NCBI GenBank assembly: GCA_964016885.1
Contig: OZ024750.1
Span: 11,594,001 to 11,658,000 of the forward strand
Length of the DNA: 64,000 nt
Origin: Eledone cirrhosa
Taxonomy: Eukaryota
Direction of reading: 5' to 3'
Positions within the stretch are counted from its first letter, which is position 1, and every line of letters starts with the position of its first letter. Of this stretch, positions 1 through 13,804 are shown piece after piece. Position numbers and translations under genes: made by a program. The notes under the pieces are model-generated. The model was not told the origin of the DNA, ran no database searches, and saw only the letters and a program-made list of their open reading frames with translations.

Positions 1-57
1 TTTTGATCATAGGTTTGCTCACAATTGTAATTAATTTTGGCTTAAATAAGACAACAT

Positions 58-205
58 ATGACTGCTACCGCTACTACTATTGCTACTGATGCTATTACTA
101 CTGTTGCTACTACTACTACTGATGCTGATGCTACTACTACTACTACTACTACCACTACTAATGCTACTACTACTGCTACTGATGCTATTACTACTACTAC
201 TGATG

Positions 206-257
<52 letters not shown>

Positions 258-343
258 CACTACTACTACTACTGATGCTATTACTACTACTACTGATGCT
301 ACTACTACTACTACTGTTGCTACTACTACTGCTGCTGCTGCTG

Positions 344-378
<35 letters not shown>

Positions 379-470
379 GCTGGTGCTGCTACTACTACTA
401 CTGTCACTACTCCTACTGATACTGCTACTTCTACTACTGGTGGTGATGATGCTGATGGTGGTGGTGGTGG
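58..470. repeat. (ACT/GCT)n trinucleotide repeat
   Basis: Directly visible. Confidence 0.95.
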
Positions 471-1059
471 TGCATCATTGTTCATTCTTATGCAACTGCT
501 TTTAAACACAAGTTAAGACTTCTTATTCCCGAGCCACTTCCTTCAATTATTTCCATTCATCCTTTCTTGTAAATTAATGGTTCATGTTTAAACAGACAAT
601 ACTCAGTATATTCTTCCTCCTATCACTGTTGGTCATCTGTGTTTATTAATGACAGCTTTGTACATACCTCATATAAGGCAGACCTTTAGTATTGAAAATA
701 CAGAACCTTTATATTCATGAGAGCTAACTGCTCTACCAATGTGTTTCCCCTGCCCCTACTCTATTCAAACCCACCCTACTTTCTTCCCTCTGCATGCTGC
801 TTTAGAGAGAGAGCCTTTTAAACAGAAAGTATAAATTCTCCCAACATTTCCACACTGTTCACACCCTAACCCCTTATTCTCTCTTATACATGCCTCATTA
901 GAGACTGCTTTTGTATGGAAAAAAAGAAAGCCTTTATTTCCAACACAGCTCTCAATTTTCTCAATCTTGTTCACACCCTAGACATTATATTTTCACTACC
1001 CTACCACACTCCGTTAAACACTATTTATATCACATAGCTTGCAAAACTTATCTACTATT

Positions 1060-1810
1060 TCGCAAGTACCAACTCAACACCCTGTGGTTGCCTACTGTTC
1101 ATGTTGTTAACTACCGATGCAACTTAAGTTGCTTTCTCTGCTATCAATCTGTCATAAAGACCAAAGTACTAACTCAATGAAATCTTGACAAACTGGTTGC
1201 CTATACGAGTTGCTAACTACTAATGCAACTTAAGTTGCTTTCTCTGCTATCAATTTATCATAAAGACCAAAGTACTAACTCAATGAAATCTTGACAAACT
1301 GGTTGCCTATTATTCGAGTTGCTAACTACTAATGCAACTTAAGTTGCTTTCTCTGCTATCAATTTATCATAAAGACCAAAGTACTAACTCAATGAAATCT
1401 TGACAAACTGGTTGCCTATTATTCGAGTTGCTAACTACTAATGCAACTTAAGTTGCTTTCTCTGCTATCAATTTATCATAAAGACCAAAGTACTAACTCA
1501 ATGAAATCTTGACAAACTGGTTGCCTATTATTCGAGTTGCTAACTACTAATGCAACTTAAGTTGCTTTCTCTGCTATCAATCTCTCATAGACACCACAGT
1601 ACCAACTCAATGAAATATCAACACCCTGTTGCTAACTAGTGATGCATTTTCTTGTCTTTCCTATCAATCTCTCATAGACCTCACTGTACCAGCTCAATAA
1701 AATCTTGACAAACTGTAGTTAGCTACTGTTTATATTGCTAACCCCTGATGCAATTTGAGTTGTCTCCTATCAATATGTCAGACCTCACTGTACCAGCTCA
1801 ATGAAATCGC
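1060..1810. repeat. 109-bp tandem repeat, ~6-7 units with degenerate ends
   Basis: aaactggttgcc recurs at 1296, 1405 and 1514. Confidence 0.9.
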
Positions 1811-1934
1811 TCCAGCAGAAAAACTCCATAACTATGAACATGGAGATGATAAAAGACAAATAATCTAAGCATACACACACACATACATACACACATTACA
1901 CACACACTCATACACACATATACACTTGAACAAA

Positions 1935-2352
1935 ATAATGGTTTCTTATATAGGCACAAGGCCAGCAATTTTGGGGGAGGGATAAGTCAATTAAATCGAC
2001 CCCAGTGCGTGACTGGTACTTTATTTTATCGACCCCCGTAAGGATGAAAGGCAAAGTTAACCTCGGCGGGATTTGCACTCAGACTATAAAGGGGCGTAAC
2101 TCTATGCTGCAAAGCCTGGCGTCTGACCGTCTACCGATACTGCCAATCACCCTCCCTCTTGTTCATACTAATTAATTGTTTCTACTTTTGGCACAAGGCC
2201 AGCAATTACCCAGTGCATTACTGGTACTTTATTTTATCGATCCCATAAGGATGAAAGGCAAAGTTAACCTCGGCGGGATTTGAACTCAGAATGGCAAGGG
2301 CCGTAACTCTATGCGTCAAAGCATGGCATCCGACCCTCTACCGATACTGCCT
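1935..2352 (-). mobile_element. Two tandem tRNA-derived SINE family A copies (partial third at ~2585-2735)
   Basis: Reverse complement of ttggcagtatcggtag...gagttcaaatcccgccgaggttaactttgcctttcatccttacggggtcgataaaataaagtaccagt. Confidence 0.85.
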
Positions 2353-3139
2353 ACTAATTAATAATAATTGTTTCTAATTTAGGCACATATACCATTATTA
2401 ATATCTAAAGACACTAAACTTATTTATCAGGGTTTCTTGTAGAACCCCTAGCAACTACTTACAGATCCCTAGGGTTCTGGGAAACTCTGGTTGAGAAATA
2501 TTGATCTAGACTATTGATTATATAATATTGAATAACTATACATAAAAGAACATACTCTTTCTCACAAATTTGTATAATAATAATAATTGTTTCTGGTTTA
2601 GATACAAGGCCAACAATTTTTGGGGACAGGGAAGTCGATTAAATCAACTCCAGTGCATGACTGGTACTTTATTTAATCTACTCCGTAAGGATGAAAATCA
2701 AAATTAACCTCTGGGATTTGAACTCATAACGTAATTCTGTGTGTGTGTATATGTATATATATATATATATAGGTGTGTGTGTGTTTGTGTATATGTATTG
2801 AGATGTATGTTTGTGTGTGTGTATAGAGAGAAATACATACATACATATACATATATACACACACACACATATACATGTGTGTGTATATATATATACACAC
2901 ACACACAGATACAGACTCACTGATTTAAAACTCAGTGAGGTCTCTACAAACAATCTCATACAGCGTCAACTGTTTTTCAATTACAGCTTTTGAAATCTCT
3001 TGCTGTTTAATTATGTGTGCAGACACCCCAGAGACTTGGTCTGTGTTGATAAAAGTGAAAGCACTGGAACAATTCTGAGAGAAACTTGAAGCTTGTTGAA
3101 GAAAATTTAGAAATCTAGGATTCTAGTTTGATCTATTAG

Positions 3140-3515
3140 TTATTGGCAATAGACGTCACAACTGCTAATAGGTTGGTGGGTGGGTGAGGTCCTGTTTTTG
3201 GCAATGAATGTCACAACTGCTAATAGGTTGGTGGGTGGGTGAGGTCCTGTTTTTGGCAATGAATGTCACAACTGCTAATAGGTTGGTGGGTGGGTGAGGT
3301 CCTGTTTTTGGCAATGAATGTCACAACTGCTAATAGGTTGGTGGGTGGGTGAGGTCCTGTTTTTGGCAATGAATGTCACAACTGCTAATAGGTGGGTGGG
3401 TGAGGTCCTGTTTTTGGCAATGAATATCACAATTGATAATAAGTTGGAGGGGGTCCTGTTTTTGGCAATAGACGTCACAATCGATAATAGGTTGGGGAGG
3501 GTGAGGTCCTGTTTG
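3140..3515. repeat. 55-bp minisatellite, ~7 units
   Basis: gaggtcctgt at 3186, 3241, 3296 and 3351. Confidence 0.9.
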
Positions 3516-3908
3516 CACTGTACATAAAAGAAGTTAGTAATATTACGTTACAGTGTAGGTTATGCTACCATCAGGTAAATATGCAGAGCAACATCAATAT
3601 GTATTTGTGATCAACTTGCATATAAGTAACAGATCAAATTGTGCTCAAGGTTGCCACTAGGATCAGATAACAGGTGGTGGGGTGGAGATATGTTGATGCA
3701 GTTGTTTGATCAGCTAAAGATAGCAGCCAAATCTTGCTGAAATCACACCTAACTGTTTTATAAAAGGGAACAACTGTATTTGGATAATGTAATCTCTGGA
3801 ATGTTTTTTTGATTAGAGGATTATTCAGTCAGTGATAACCTGGAACTAAACAACAATAACAACAACAACAACAGTAACTAGGGTCAACTATAAGGATATG
3901 CCATGTGT

Positions 3909-3959
<51 letters not shown>

Positions 3960-4229
3960 CATACATAGGTAAAGAGTCAGGACCCCGACAGCTGAGCTCC
4001 GAGCGTTTCGACAGCTAGATTCGAACTAATGGTCCACCTGGTTCCTTACCACACTTTCTTTGTTTTATATATATATATATATATATATATTTCTGCCTGG
4101 ATTTGTGACTGGTAGATAGTATTTGCAATTGGAAAGACCAATGGAAACATTGTTTCCATTGGTCCCAATTTGACAAGCTCCACCCCTCTTGTTAAGTGAG
4201 TGATGACTGGGATCTTTTCAATCGATTGT

Positions 4230-4262
<33 letters not shown>

Positions 4263-5196
4263 ATGTATGTGTGTGTGTGTGTGTGTGTGTGATACGATTC
4301 CTAGATTCCCCAAAATTAAATACATTCAATGCTATTGTCACCAATATTGATAACATAGAACCAACAGCTAGTAAATAATCTGATACCACAGTTGATAGGA
4401 TATTTGGCAATATAGGAAAGTGGTGTGTGACTTTGGGATTAGAGAACAATCAGGAATATATTTACAGGGTGTGACAGATAATTAGTTGCATAATAATAGT
4501 GGGCTAGGGTGTTAACCAGAAGCTGTGGGGCTCAATTACCAGCTGTCCTTCATTATTTATGAGTTTAGAAGGTATATCTTACATTTTAGATTATTCAAAA
4601 ATATAGAGTAATATGTTCTTCACCCCCTTCGGTTATGAATGGCCAAGGGATTTGTACCTAGAAAGTTCCCCTCTGAGACCAAAAGTCGAAGCAAGATTGT
4701 TTGTGGAAAGCCAGCAGTCACCCATAAGTACCAGTCTCCATCTTCCACCTCACCAATGTTGTCCAAGGGGAAGGTAATGGCCAATACAGCTTGACACCAA
4801 TGACATCACAACTCATTTCTTTCTACAGTTGAGTAAACTGGAGCAATGTGAAATAAAGTGTCTTGCTCAAGGACACAACATACAACGTAGTCTGGGAATC
4901 GAACTCACAACCTCACGATTGTAAGCCCTTTAACCTGTGTGTGTATATATATACATATATACACACACATATATATATATAACAAAGAGGGTGTGGTAAG
5001 TTACCAGGCAGACCATAACGCACCAGAGTACTCGATACTTAGGGTAGTAGAGTGGGTAATATGAAAAGATTCAGGACCCCAACGGCTGAGCTCCGGCCAT
5101 TTCGACAGCTAGATCCAAACTGTTTGGATCTAGTTGTCGAAATGGCCGGAGCTCAGCCATCGAGTTCCTGAATCTTTTCATATATATATCTATATA

Positions 5197-5530
5197 TGGA
5201 GGCACATGGCTTAGTGGTTAGAGCATTGGCCTTGCAATCGAAAGGTTGTGAGTTCAATTCTCAGACCGGGTGATGTGTTGTTTCCTTGAGCAAGACACTT
5301 TATTTCACATTGCTCCAGTTTACTCAGCTGTAGAAATGAGATGATAGGGACTCGGGTCCCTACCATTCCACTGCAAAGTGGTCGTGGAGTGCCACCCAGC
5401 ACTCACTGTAAATGAGGTTGGTGTTAGGAAGGGCATCCAGCTGTAGAAATCAAGCCAGAATCAGTTCCCGTCCCACCCTTGCAAGCAGGGAAAAAGCGAA
5501 CGTAAAATGAAATGATGATGATGATGATAT
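5197..5530 (+). mobile_element. tRNA-derived SINE family B, full length
   Basis: A-box tggcttagtgg, B-box gagttcaattc, CORE-like ccttgagcaagacactt, RTE-like tail and (ATG)n end. Near-identical copies at 32682, 42137 and 56108. Confidence 0.85.
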
Positions 5531-6046
5531 ATATATAAAATATGGATGAGAGGAGGGGCTGTGTGGTTACTGGTGTTAGAAGGTAAGGAGACACAAACAA
5601 GAGGTGGACAGTCTCCCTTCGTCAGTAATTAACTACGGGTCATGGATGTTTCGGTGCATTAGAAACTATACATTATCCGTAGTGTACCCATTGTCTTTGA
5701 GTTAGCTGATTGTCAGTGTTGAATTTAATATATCACAACTAATCATCATATTTTGAGGCCATATTGCTGTGACCTGCCTAGCAAAACCACACCACTCTCT
5801 CTCTCTCTCTTCTTCCTCACTCTCTATCTCCTTCTTTCTCTCTCTCTCTCTCTCCATATATATATAAATAACAGATTAAGCAAAGAATCGCTGCTTTCAC
5901 CCTTAACAGGATCTTCTTAAGCGATTCCTTGCTTAAACTTTAATCTGTTATTTTAATAAATATTTGCACTATGGTATTCATATATTTGATACATATATTA
6001 TCCTTATTGAGAATTCGGATTTTAGTCTTCACATTTATTATTATTG

Positions 6047-6080
<34 letters not shown>

Positions 6081-6649
6081 GCACAAAGACATTATGTAGC
6101 TGTTCTTCTCTTTCCAATACACAATTCCACAGCCTTTCTATATCACCATTCTCCATTCTTAATTCTACAAACCTTACCCTTAGCAAACGAGAACATTGTG
6201 TTTAGTTAGAGATTAAACTATTATATGAAAGTAAGCATTTTCCTAATTAGTCACAGTAATTAGTCACTGGTAATTTCAGCTCAAACTCATTCTTATGGAA
6301 TATAATAATCCTTTTTAAATCACATCCACTTTTGATTTTCATTTTATTATTTGTTTTGTTTTTATGTATTTATTTCTTTCCTTCATTGTTGATGTTGTTT
6401 GTCCACAAATGCTATTATTGACTAACACAACCTCTACCTTTGCAAACCTTTATGTGGACGCACAGTCAGCTAGAAATAACAGCAAAATCTACTCAAATTA
6501 TGAAACGAACAATAGCACCCTAGATAATTTAGATCTATTAAACAGTCCTATATGAGAAAGACATGGTCACCCGACCCAACTTGCCTCAAGTGGGACAAAC
6601 CCATGCTAGCGTGGAAGATAGACGTTAAATGATGATGATGATATATTGT

Positions 6650-6976
6650 GATACAGTTTGTCTTGAAAACAGTGCAGTGACATCGTTCTTGACCTCCAGA
6701 CTTGTTGCTGCAATCATAAACCTCAGCTCTGTTGCTCACAATGCAGAGAAGAAGATAATCAAATATTGGATCCTGACTGACCCCTTCTTCTTTGTACTGG
6801 TTTCTATCAAGAGCCCTGATGTCCTTGGTCCTCGCACTGCTGATTTCCTCCATAAAGTCAGAAAGACGGCGGCCTACTTGAAGAAGGAGCCCCATGGGGG
6901 ATGGCTGTTATGGCAGGTGTCTCTAACCATTTTCTGTGGTAACACTTTTGCCATTTTCTCTGCAGGGCACTGCTAA
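6650..6976 (+). mobile_element. Degenerate CRE-like (restriction-like endonuclease) non-LTR retrotransposon C-terminus
   Basis: AHNAEKKIIKYWILTDPFFFVLVSIKSPDVLGPRTADFL...VSLTIFCGNTFAI resembles the CRE pattern AE..K..KY..L...F.P...E..G..G..A..FL...S.AI.RGNA. Recognised by eye. Confidence 0.55.
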
Positions 6977-7124
6977 GGTAGCACTCAGACTGGGGTGCAG
7001 TAACTGTCCCTCCCCCTCTCTCTTTCTTTTGCTACATGACCCTTCTTTCTTTTTCTCTTTCTTCTTTCTTCCTGCTCAATTATTTTTATATAATGTCAAT
7101 CAATATGTTGGTACCACAACATCC

Positions 7125-7390
7125 AGGCCAAAACAAATGAGGTCGTGTAGGTGTCACGACAAAAAAACACACAGTCCACGCTGTAATGTGGCCGTGTAGG
7201 CAACACGGTAAAAATCTCCCAGTCCCACACTGTAAACGTGGTTGGTGTTAGGAAGGGCATCCAGCAGTAGAAAACCTGCCAGACAGTCCTATACGAGCAA
7301 GACAACCAATCTTGCCTCAAGTGGGAAAACTCCCGTCCAAACCCATGCAAGTGTGGAAGATGGACGTTAAACGATGATGATGATGATGAT
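7125..7390 (+). mobile_element. SINE-like family C (5'-truncated; shares the ttaggaagggcatccagc tail block and (ATG)n end)
   Basis: Near-identical copies at 10890-11158 (-), 35989-36315 (+, with an internal ~113-bp duplication) and 48563-48806 (+). Confidence 0.75.
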
Positions 7391-7859
7391 ATATATATAT
7401 TCATATCATGAGAGAAAAGTAAGAAGTTTAAAGTTGTTGACTACAAAATGAAGGACATATGCTTGATTTCTTAGAAAGAAAATAGTTTAATTAAAAATAA
7501 ACAAATGAATATCACAATTCCTTCTTCACACAAAAAAGTTTTTAAAATATTTTTAAATATATTTTAGAATATAAAAAATATATAAAATAATAGTAAATAA
7601 ATTAGTTTAGAAACATATAAATACATGAAAGGAGAGAAAGGTTGAGAAAATATACAAGGAAAGATAATATAAGTGAAGAAAGGCATCAGTAGCACCTATA
7701 ACACTTGTAATACTATGAATAGTGGTTGTTTGACTTGTTGGAAATAGTAGCTATATCACCATCAAATTACACCCTACTGACTGTTTTATCAAAGGAAAGT
7801 ATCAGTAACACTTATACCACTTGTAATACTATGAATAGTGATTTGTTTGTTTGATTTAG

Positions 7860-8185
7860 TAATAATAATAATAATGATAATAATAATGAAATTATTGTGT
7901 ACAGTGCTCAGGTGCACTACAACTCATCAAAGGTGCATGTATAGTACATAGAATAATATACAAATGTCAGGGAAGTGAATTGTGTATGAGTCATGATATA
8001 CAAGTGTGCGTGTGTATGGAGGGGGAATATTAGGTGTAGTGCTAGCAAATTTCAGGAAGCATGGAGGTTTTAAAGGATGCAGTGTCCCAGTAGCTAACAA
8101 CTGATGCAGGTAGTTTGTTCCATGCTTCGGCAACTCTGAGCATGAAAAAATGTTTCCGAAAGTCATGGGAGCTGTTGCTGTTTTC
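7860..8185 (-). mobile_element. CR1-clade LINE 3' fragment
   Basis: Reverse-complement match to ~19935-20235. Confidence 0.8.
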
Positions 8186-8928
8186 CTATGTGTGTTAGAA
8201 ATAGCAGCTGAATCACCATTGAATTACACCTACTGCCTGTTTTATGAAAGGAAAGTATCAGTAACACTTATACCACTTGTAATACTATGAATAGTGGTTG
8301 TTTGATTTGTTAGAAATAACAGCTGAATCACCATCAAATTACACCTTACTGACTGTCTTATGAAAAGAAAGAACACAGATGACTTTGATCCCAGGCTTGC
8401 ATTATCAGGCCTGACCTGTGGATGGTCAATGTTGGGATGATCCCAGGATTACATCATCGGAACTAACCTATGTGTAGTCAGTCATGATGATATAACCTTG
8501 CAGCTTATTTCCAATGGCCCTCCTCCATATACATCACATATCCATACCAGTACAGTCTTTTCTCTTTTTCACACTACATTTGATTCCTCTTATACTCAGT
8601 TTCTTTCTCAACTCATTCATAATTTACTGTCCATACACATTAACATCGCACATTCATTGTAGCATGCTCACTTTGTTTCAAACCTATTAAATGCACCTGA
8701 GTGTATGAAGGGTTTAGGTGTTGACCTCATTGGCACCAACATTATGGTTATCTGAGATTTAGATTTGACTCAAGAATGGTCTTTGTTTTTCTATGGATTT
8801 TCTTTTCTCTGAATTAAACAATGAATAAACAAAGTAAATTAATCAAAATATATGCACCAACTTATATATATATATATATATACGTATATAGACATACAAA
8901 CACAAACACATATATATATATGCAGCTA

Positions 8929-8971
<43 letters not shown>

Positions 8972-9483
8972 TTATATACACATACATACATACACTCACA
9001 CACACATATATATATAAATATATATATATATACACACACACATTCATAGACATACATGCATACACATACATATATACACAAAATATGTGCACATACTTAC
9101 ATACTTACATATTTTTAAACATAGTTATATTTATAAACATGCATATGCATGCAAAACATGTATATATATATATATGTGTGTATATATGAGTGTATGTATG
9201 TATGTGTATGCATGTCTGTGTTTGTATATACATAGACATGCATACACATACATACATACACTCATATATACACACAGCCATACATATATACCCGCACATA
9301 CATAAACACACACACACACTCATTTTACTGAAATAATTTTCTGTCAGCATGCCTTATGATTAAATACATTCTTGAATTGCATTCTACTAAAATGGAATTA
9401 AAGAAAGATATCAAGATAGAGAGAAAAACAGAACTAAACTAGTTATGTATGTATATATATGTATGTATGTATATATGTGTATA

Positions 9484-9525
<42 letters not shown>

Positions 9526-9808
9526 TACACACATATATACACACATATATTTATATATATATAGATATGTGTGTGTGTGTGTATTTATATATGTGTGTAT
9601 ATATGTGTGTGTGTGTGTATGAAGAAAAACAAGACTAAACTAGTTAATAGGGTGGGGGACAAAGAGAAGCTTTATTTTTAAAATAATAATAATAATAATG
9701 ATGTCCATTTGTTTTGTATATTTAATATTTTTCTGTAGTAACTTAATTATTATCAAATATATATATGTATGTATATGTGTTTATACATATATATATATAT
9801 ATATATAC

Positions 9809-9839
<31 letters not shown>

Positions 9840-9840
9840 C

Positions 9841-9883
<43 letters not shown>

Positions 9884-10046
9884 TATGTATATATATATAC
9901 ACACACACACACATATATATATACATATATATATATATTGAAATCTCAAAATGTTATTACAAACAGACTTTCAAAAAAAAGTTTCTTTTTCTTTTAATAC
10001 ATAAGCATATGTTCACATACATGCACATGTGTAATTACAAGTATAT

Positions 10047-10107
<61 letters not shown>

Positions 10108-11330
10108 TACACACCATGTCTTTCCAAAAATGGAACATATGAACAAGACATGATTCTCCGACCCTCTTTGTCTCAGACCATGACAACCAGTCCGACCCAT
10201 GCCAGCATGGAAAACAGATGTAAACCAACAATGATGTTGATGATAATGATTTATGTATATTTATAGGTACTAATGAGAAAAAGAGTATTCAATACATATT
10301 GTAGAGCATATATATATATATATCATCATCGTTGTTTAACATCCATCTTCCATGGGTTATATATATACCATTACAAAATTGCAATTTTAATTTTCTAGTG
10401 CATTGTATGGTTTCTAAAATTATTTAAATTTTTGTTTCATATATACACACACATATATATATAATATACACACACATATATATATATTTATACACATATA
10501 TATATATCATCATCATCATTATCACTGTTTAACGTCCATTTTTCCATACTAACATGGGTTAGATGAGTGGTCCCATTGTGACACAAGCCAGGTCAGGTGA
10601 TCATGTCTTGCTCATACAGAACTGATTCTGTCTTGGTTTCTACAGTTGGGTGCCCTTCTTAATGCCAACCACACACACACACACATGTGTGAACAAAATT
10701 GGCTAGACAGTACTTCAAAATGAGTTGAAAATCCATTTTGAGGATCCAAATAAGGTGAAACATTTGTTCTAACTGTTGAACTAACTTCTACTAAACTTGT
10801 CCCATGGACTGAGTGCTGTACTTCTGCAGATATAACCCACTAGTGTTCTACTATTATATAAATATATATATATATACAAATATATATATCATCATCATCA
10901 TCATTGTCATCGTTTAACGTCCATGTTCCACGCTTGCATGGGTTTGGACGGGAGTTTTCCCACTTGAGGCAAGAGTGGTTGTCTTGCTCGCATAGGACTG
11001 TCTGGCGGGTTTTCTACAGCTGGATGCCCTTCTTAACACCAACCACATTTACAGTGTGGGACTGGGAGATTTTTACCGTGTTGCCTACACGGCCACATTA
11101 CAGCGTGGTCTGTGTGTTTTTTTGTCGTGACACCTACACGACCTCATTTGTTTCGGCCAACATATATATATAGTTATAGTTAATTTTTAATTTTTAAGAC
11201 ATTATGTGCATCATGTATTATGTCTTTTTCCATATAGCGCTAGCCTCGGGACCCCCCTGTTGGTCATTTAACCTTGTTCTGGTGACGCAACTCGATGGAG
11301 CATGCAACTACTGATATACTCATGTTTATA

Positions 11331-11377
11331 GACTCTGAAGATTCCTGCCATGGTGTATGGATGAAACACTGTTAGTT
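11331..11377 (+). ncRNA. Degenerate type-I hammerhead-like motif
   Basis: gact CTGAAGA t-tcc...gga-t GAAAC act GTT agtt followed by aataaa. Stem I is gact/agtt. Lies in a (TA)-flanked segment at ~11170-11530. Confidence 0.45.
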
Positions 11378-11529
11378 AATAAAACAATGTATTTCTAAGC
11401 ACTCTTTGGTTATTCCTATAACTATAATGGCTCTGTAGTATACTAGTTATCCTACATTGAGCTAAAACCACACTGTCATACCAAGGGCAATATATCTACA
11501 TGTATAGGCATATTGATATATTTGTCAAC

Positions 11530-11582
<53 letters not shown>

Positions 11583-12409
11583 TCGATTTTACCCACATTT
11601 TTTACCAGTATTCTAGAAGAACTCTGTTGTGAGTCTGTACTGGAATGTCTTGGTTATCAAATAACCCTACAACTGCCACCACCAGAGTTATCCTCTCCCC
11701 TCTACCTCCACCACCACAGTCATACTCACCCCTCTACCACCACCACTACCACCACAGTCATCCTCACCCCTCTCTACCCCCCCCCCCCCCTCCCCACCCA
11801 GCCCCTATTTATTTATATATTGTTTATGTTTATTTCTTTGTTTTATTTACTATGGCTGCCTTCCTTAGCAGCTGAAAACAAAGTTGGAAACAAAAAATAT
11901 AAAGAAAAGAAATGAAACAAAACAAAATACAAAGGATAAAAAATAAAATGAAATAAAAGGAAAGGAAAATGATAAAAGCAACAAACCTCAGAGAAAGGTC
12001 AGATTTGTTGAGGGAGGGTGAGAGGGGGGAGTGTGAGGTATAAAGAACAGCTTGGATAGAGAGGGAGAGAGAGATTGGGACTAATCGAGAGAGAGAGAGT
12101 GAAGATTGGTAGTGAGGTGGTAAATAGAGAGGGGGAGAGGGAGATAGAGATTGAGACAAATTAATAGAGAGAGAGAGGGAATGATTGATAGGAAGGTGGT
12201 AAATGAGTGGGTGAGAGGGAGGTGGTAAATAGGGAGAGAGAGAGGAGTGTTAGGGAGGTGGTAAAGAGGGAGAGGGGTGCTAGGGAGGTGGTAACTAAGA
12301 CAAGGTAAGGTAGAGGGAGTATAATGCAGTGAAATGATATAAATCCAAGTCAGTGAGGTTATCTTTCTGGCAAATTATGTCTCCAAAACAGGAATAATCA
12401 GGAATGGTT

Positions 12410-12805
12410 TGGGTAGGTCAGTGGTTAAGGTAGGGCAGTATTTAGGTAGGTCAGTGGTTAGGGTAGGGCGGTATTTAGGTAGGTCAGTAGTTTGGGTAGG
12501 TGGGTAGTTAGATAGGTAGTTAGGGTAGGTCAGTGGTTAGGTTGGTGGGTAGTTCAGTGGTTAGGGTAGGTGGGTAGTTGGTTAGGTCAGTAGTTAGGGT
12601 AGGTGGGTAGTTAAGTAGGTCAGTAATTGGGTAGGTTGGTAGTTGGGGTAGATCAGTATGTAGGTAGGCCAGTAGATAGGTAGGTCAGTAGTTGGGATAG
12701 GCTGGTTGTTGGGTAGGTCAGTAGTTAGATAGGTCGGTAAATAGGTAGGTCAGTAGATAGGTAGGTCAGTAGATAGGTTGGTAGTAAGATTGGTGGGTAG
12801 TAAGT
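12410..12805. repeat. Degenerate G-rich (GGTAGGTCAGTA-like) repeat
   Basis: Directly visible. Confidence 0.8.
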
Positions 12806-12839
12806 AGTGTTTTAGTCATATTATATATTATAATACTAC

Positions 12840-13290
12840 GGTGGATTGGCAGTATCGGTAGAGAGTCGGACACCATGCTTTGAAGCATAGAGTTACGTCC
12901 CTTTACGGTCTGAGTTCAAATCCCGCCAAGGTTAACTTTGCCTTTCATCCTTAAGGAGTCGATAAAATAAAGTACCAGTAATACACTGGGTAATTTGCTG
13001 GCCTTGTCCCCAAAGTAGAAACAATTATATATTATAATACTTACTGTTCATATTGTTAGTCTTATTGTTATTATTGCTCATGTTAGCTTTGTGTTATTAG
13101 TCGATTTAATCGACTTTCTCCTCCCCAAAAAATTGTTGGTCATGTGCCTCAGCATAGTTACGTCCCTTTACGGTTTGAGTTCAAATCCCGCCGAGGTTAA
13201 CTTTGCCTTTCATCCTTACAGGATCAATAAAATAAAGTACCAGTAATGCACTGGGATAATTGCTGGCCTTGTCCCAAAAGTAAAACAATA
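12840..13290 (+). mobile_element. SINE family A, two copies
   Basis: A-box tggcagtatcgg, B-box gagttcaaatcc and the conserved central domain. A diverged minus copy follows at ~13590-13755. Confidence 0.85.
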
Positions 13291-13804
13291 ATTATTAGTG
13301 ATGGTGGTGGGGTGGGGTATTCTTGTTTCTTCTAGGCTCAAACAATAAAGATCAGAGTATATCCAATATTTAAAAATATAAATTATTAGTTGACCTCAGG
13401 AAGGGCATTCAGCCCTAAGATGATATAGTATGGACCTGTAACTCCCGGGGGAGTATTAGGGGCACCATATTAACATACAGCATTTCTAGGACATTTTAAA
13501 AACCTGCTGGAGTTCATCTCCTCTCCAGGTCTGAATATGACAGATTTCTTCCAGAGAAAGATGGAGAGTGAGAGAAATGGAATGAGCAGGAGATATAGAG
13601 GAAGATCAACCCTAGTACTAGGCTGGTACTTTTTTTAGTGACCTTGAATGGATGAAGGGCAAAGTTGACCTTGGCGGGATTTGAACTCAAAAAAGCAGAA
13701 ACAAATACTGCAAAACACTCTATATGATGCTCTACTGACTCTGCCAACTCATTGGCTTAGGATACTGCCTAAAACATCTCATCCAGACCAAGCTAACATA
13801 GAGA

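Noticed and set aside
42-516. Thr-rich mucin-like ORF
   Set aside because: (ACT)n repeat open in several frames with no flanking exon evidence.
5197-5270. tRNA-like sequence with A and B boxes
   Set aside because: It is the head of a multi-copy SINE and lacks a proper acceptor stem, so it is not a tRNA gene.
5585-5655. Minus-strand CTGACGA followed by an 8-bp stem
   Set aside because: No GAAA follows the stem, and the nearby GAAAC cannot be arranged with a valid stem I.
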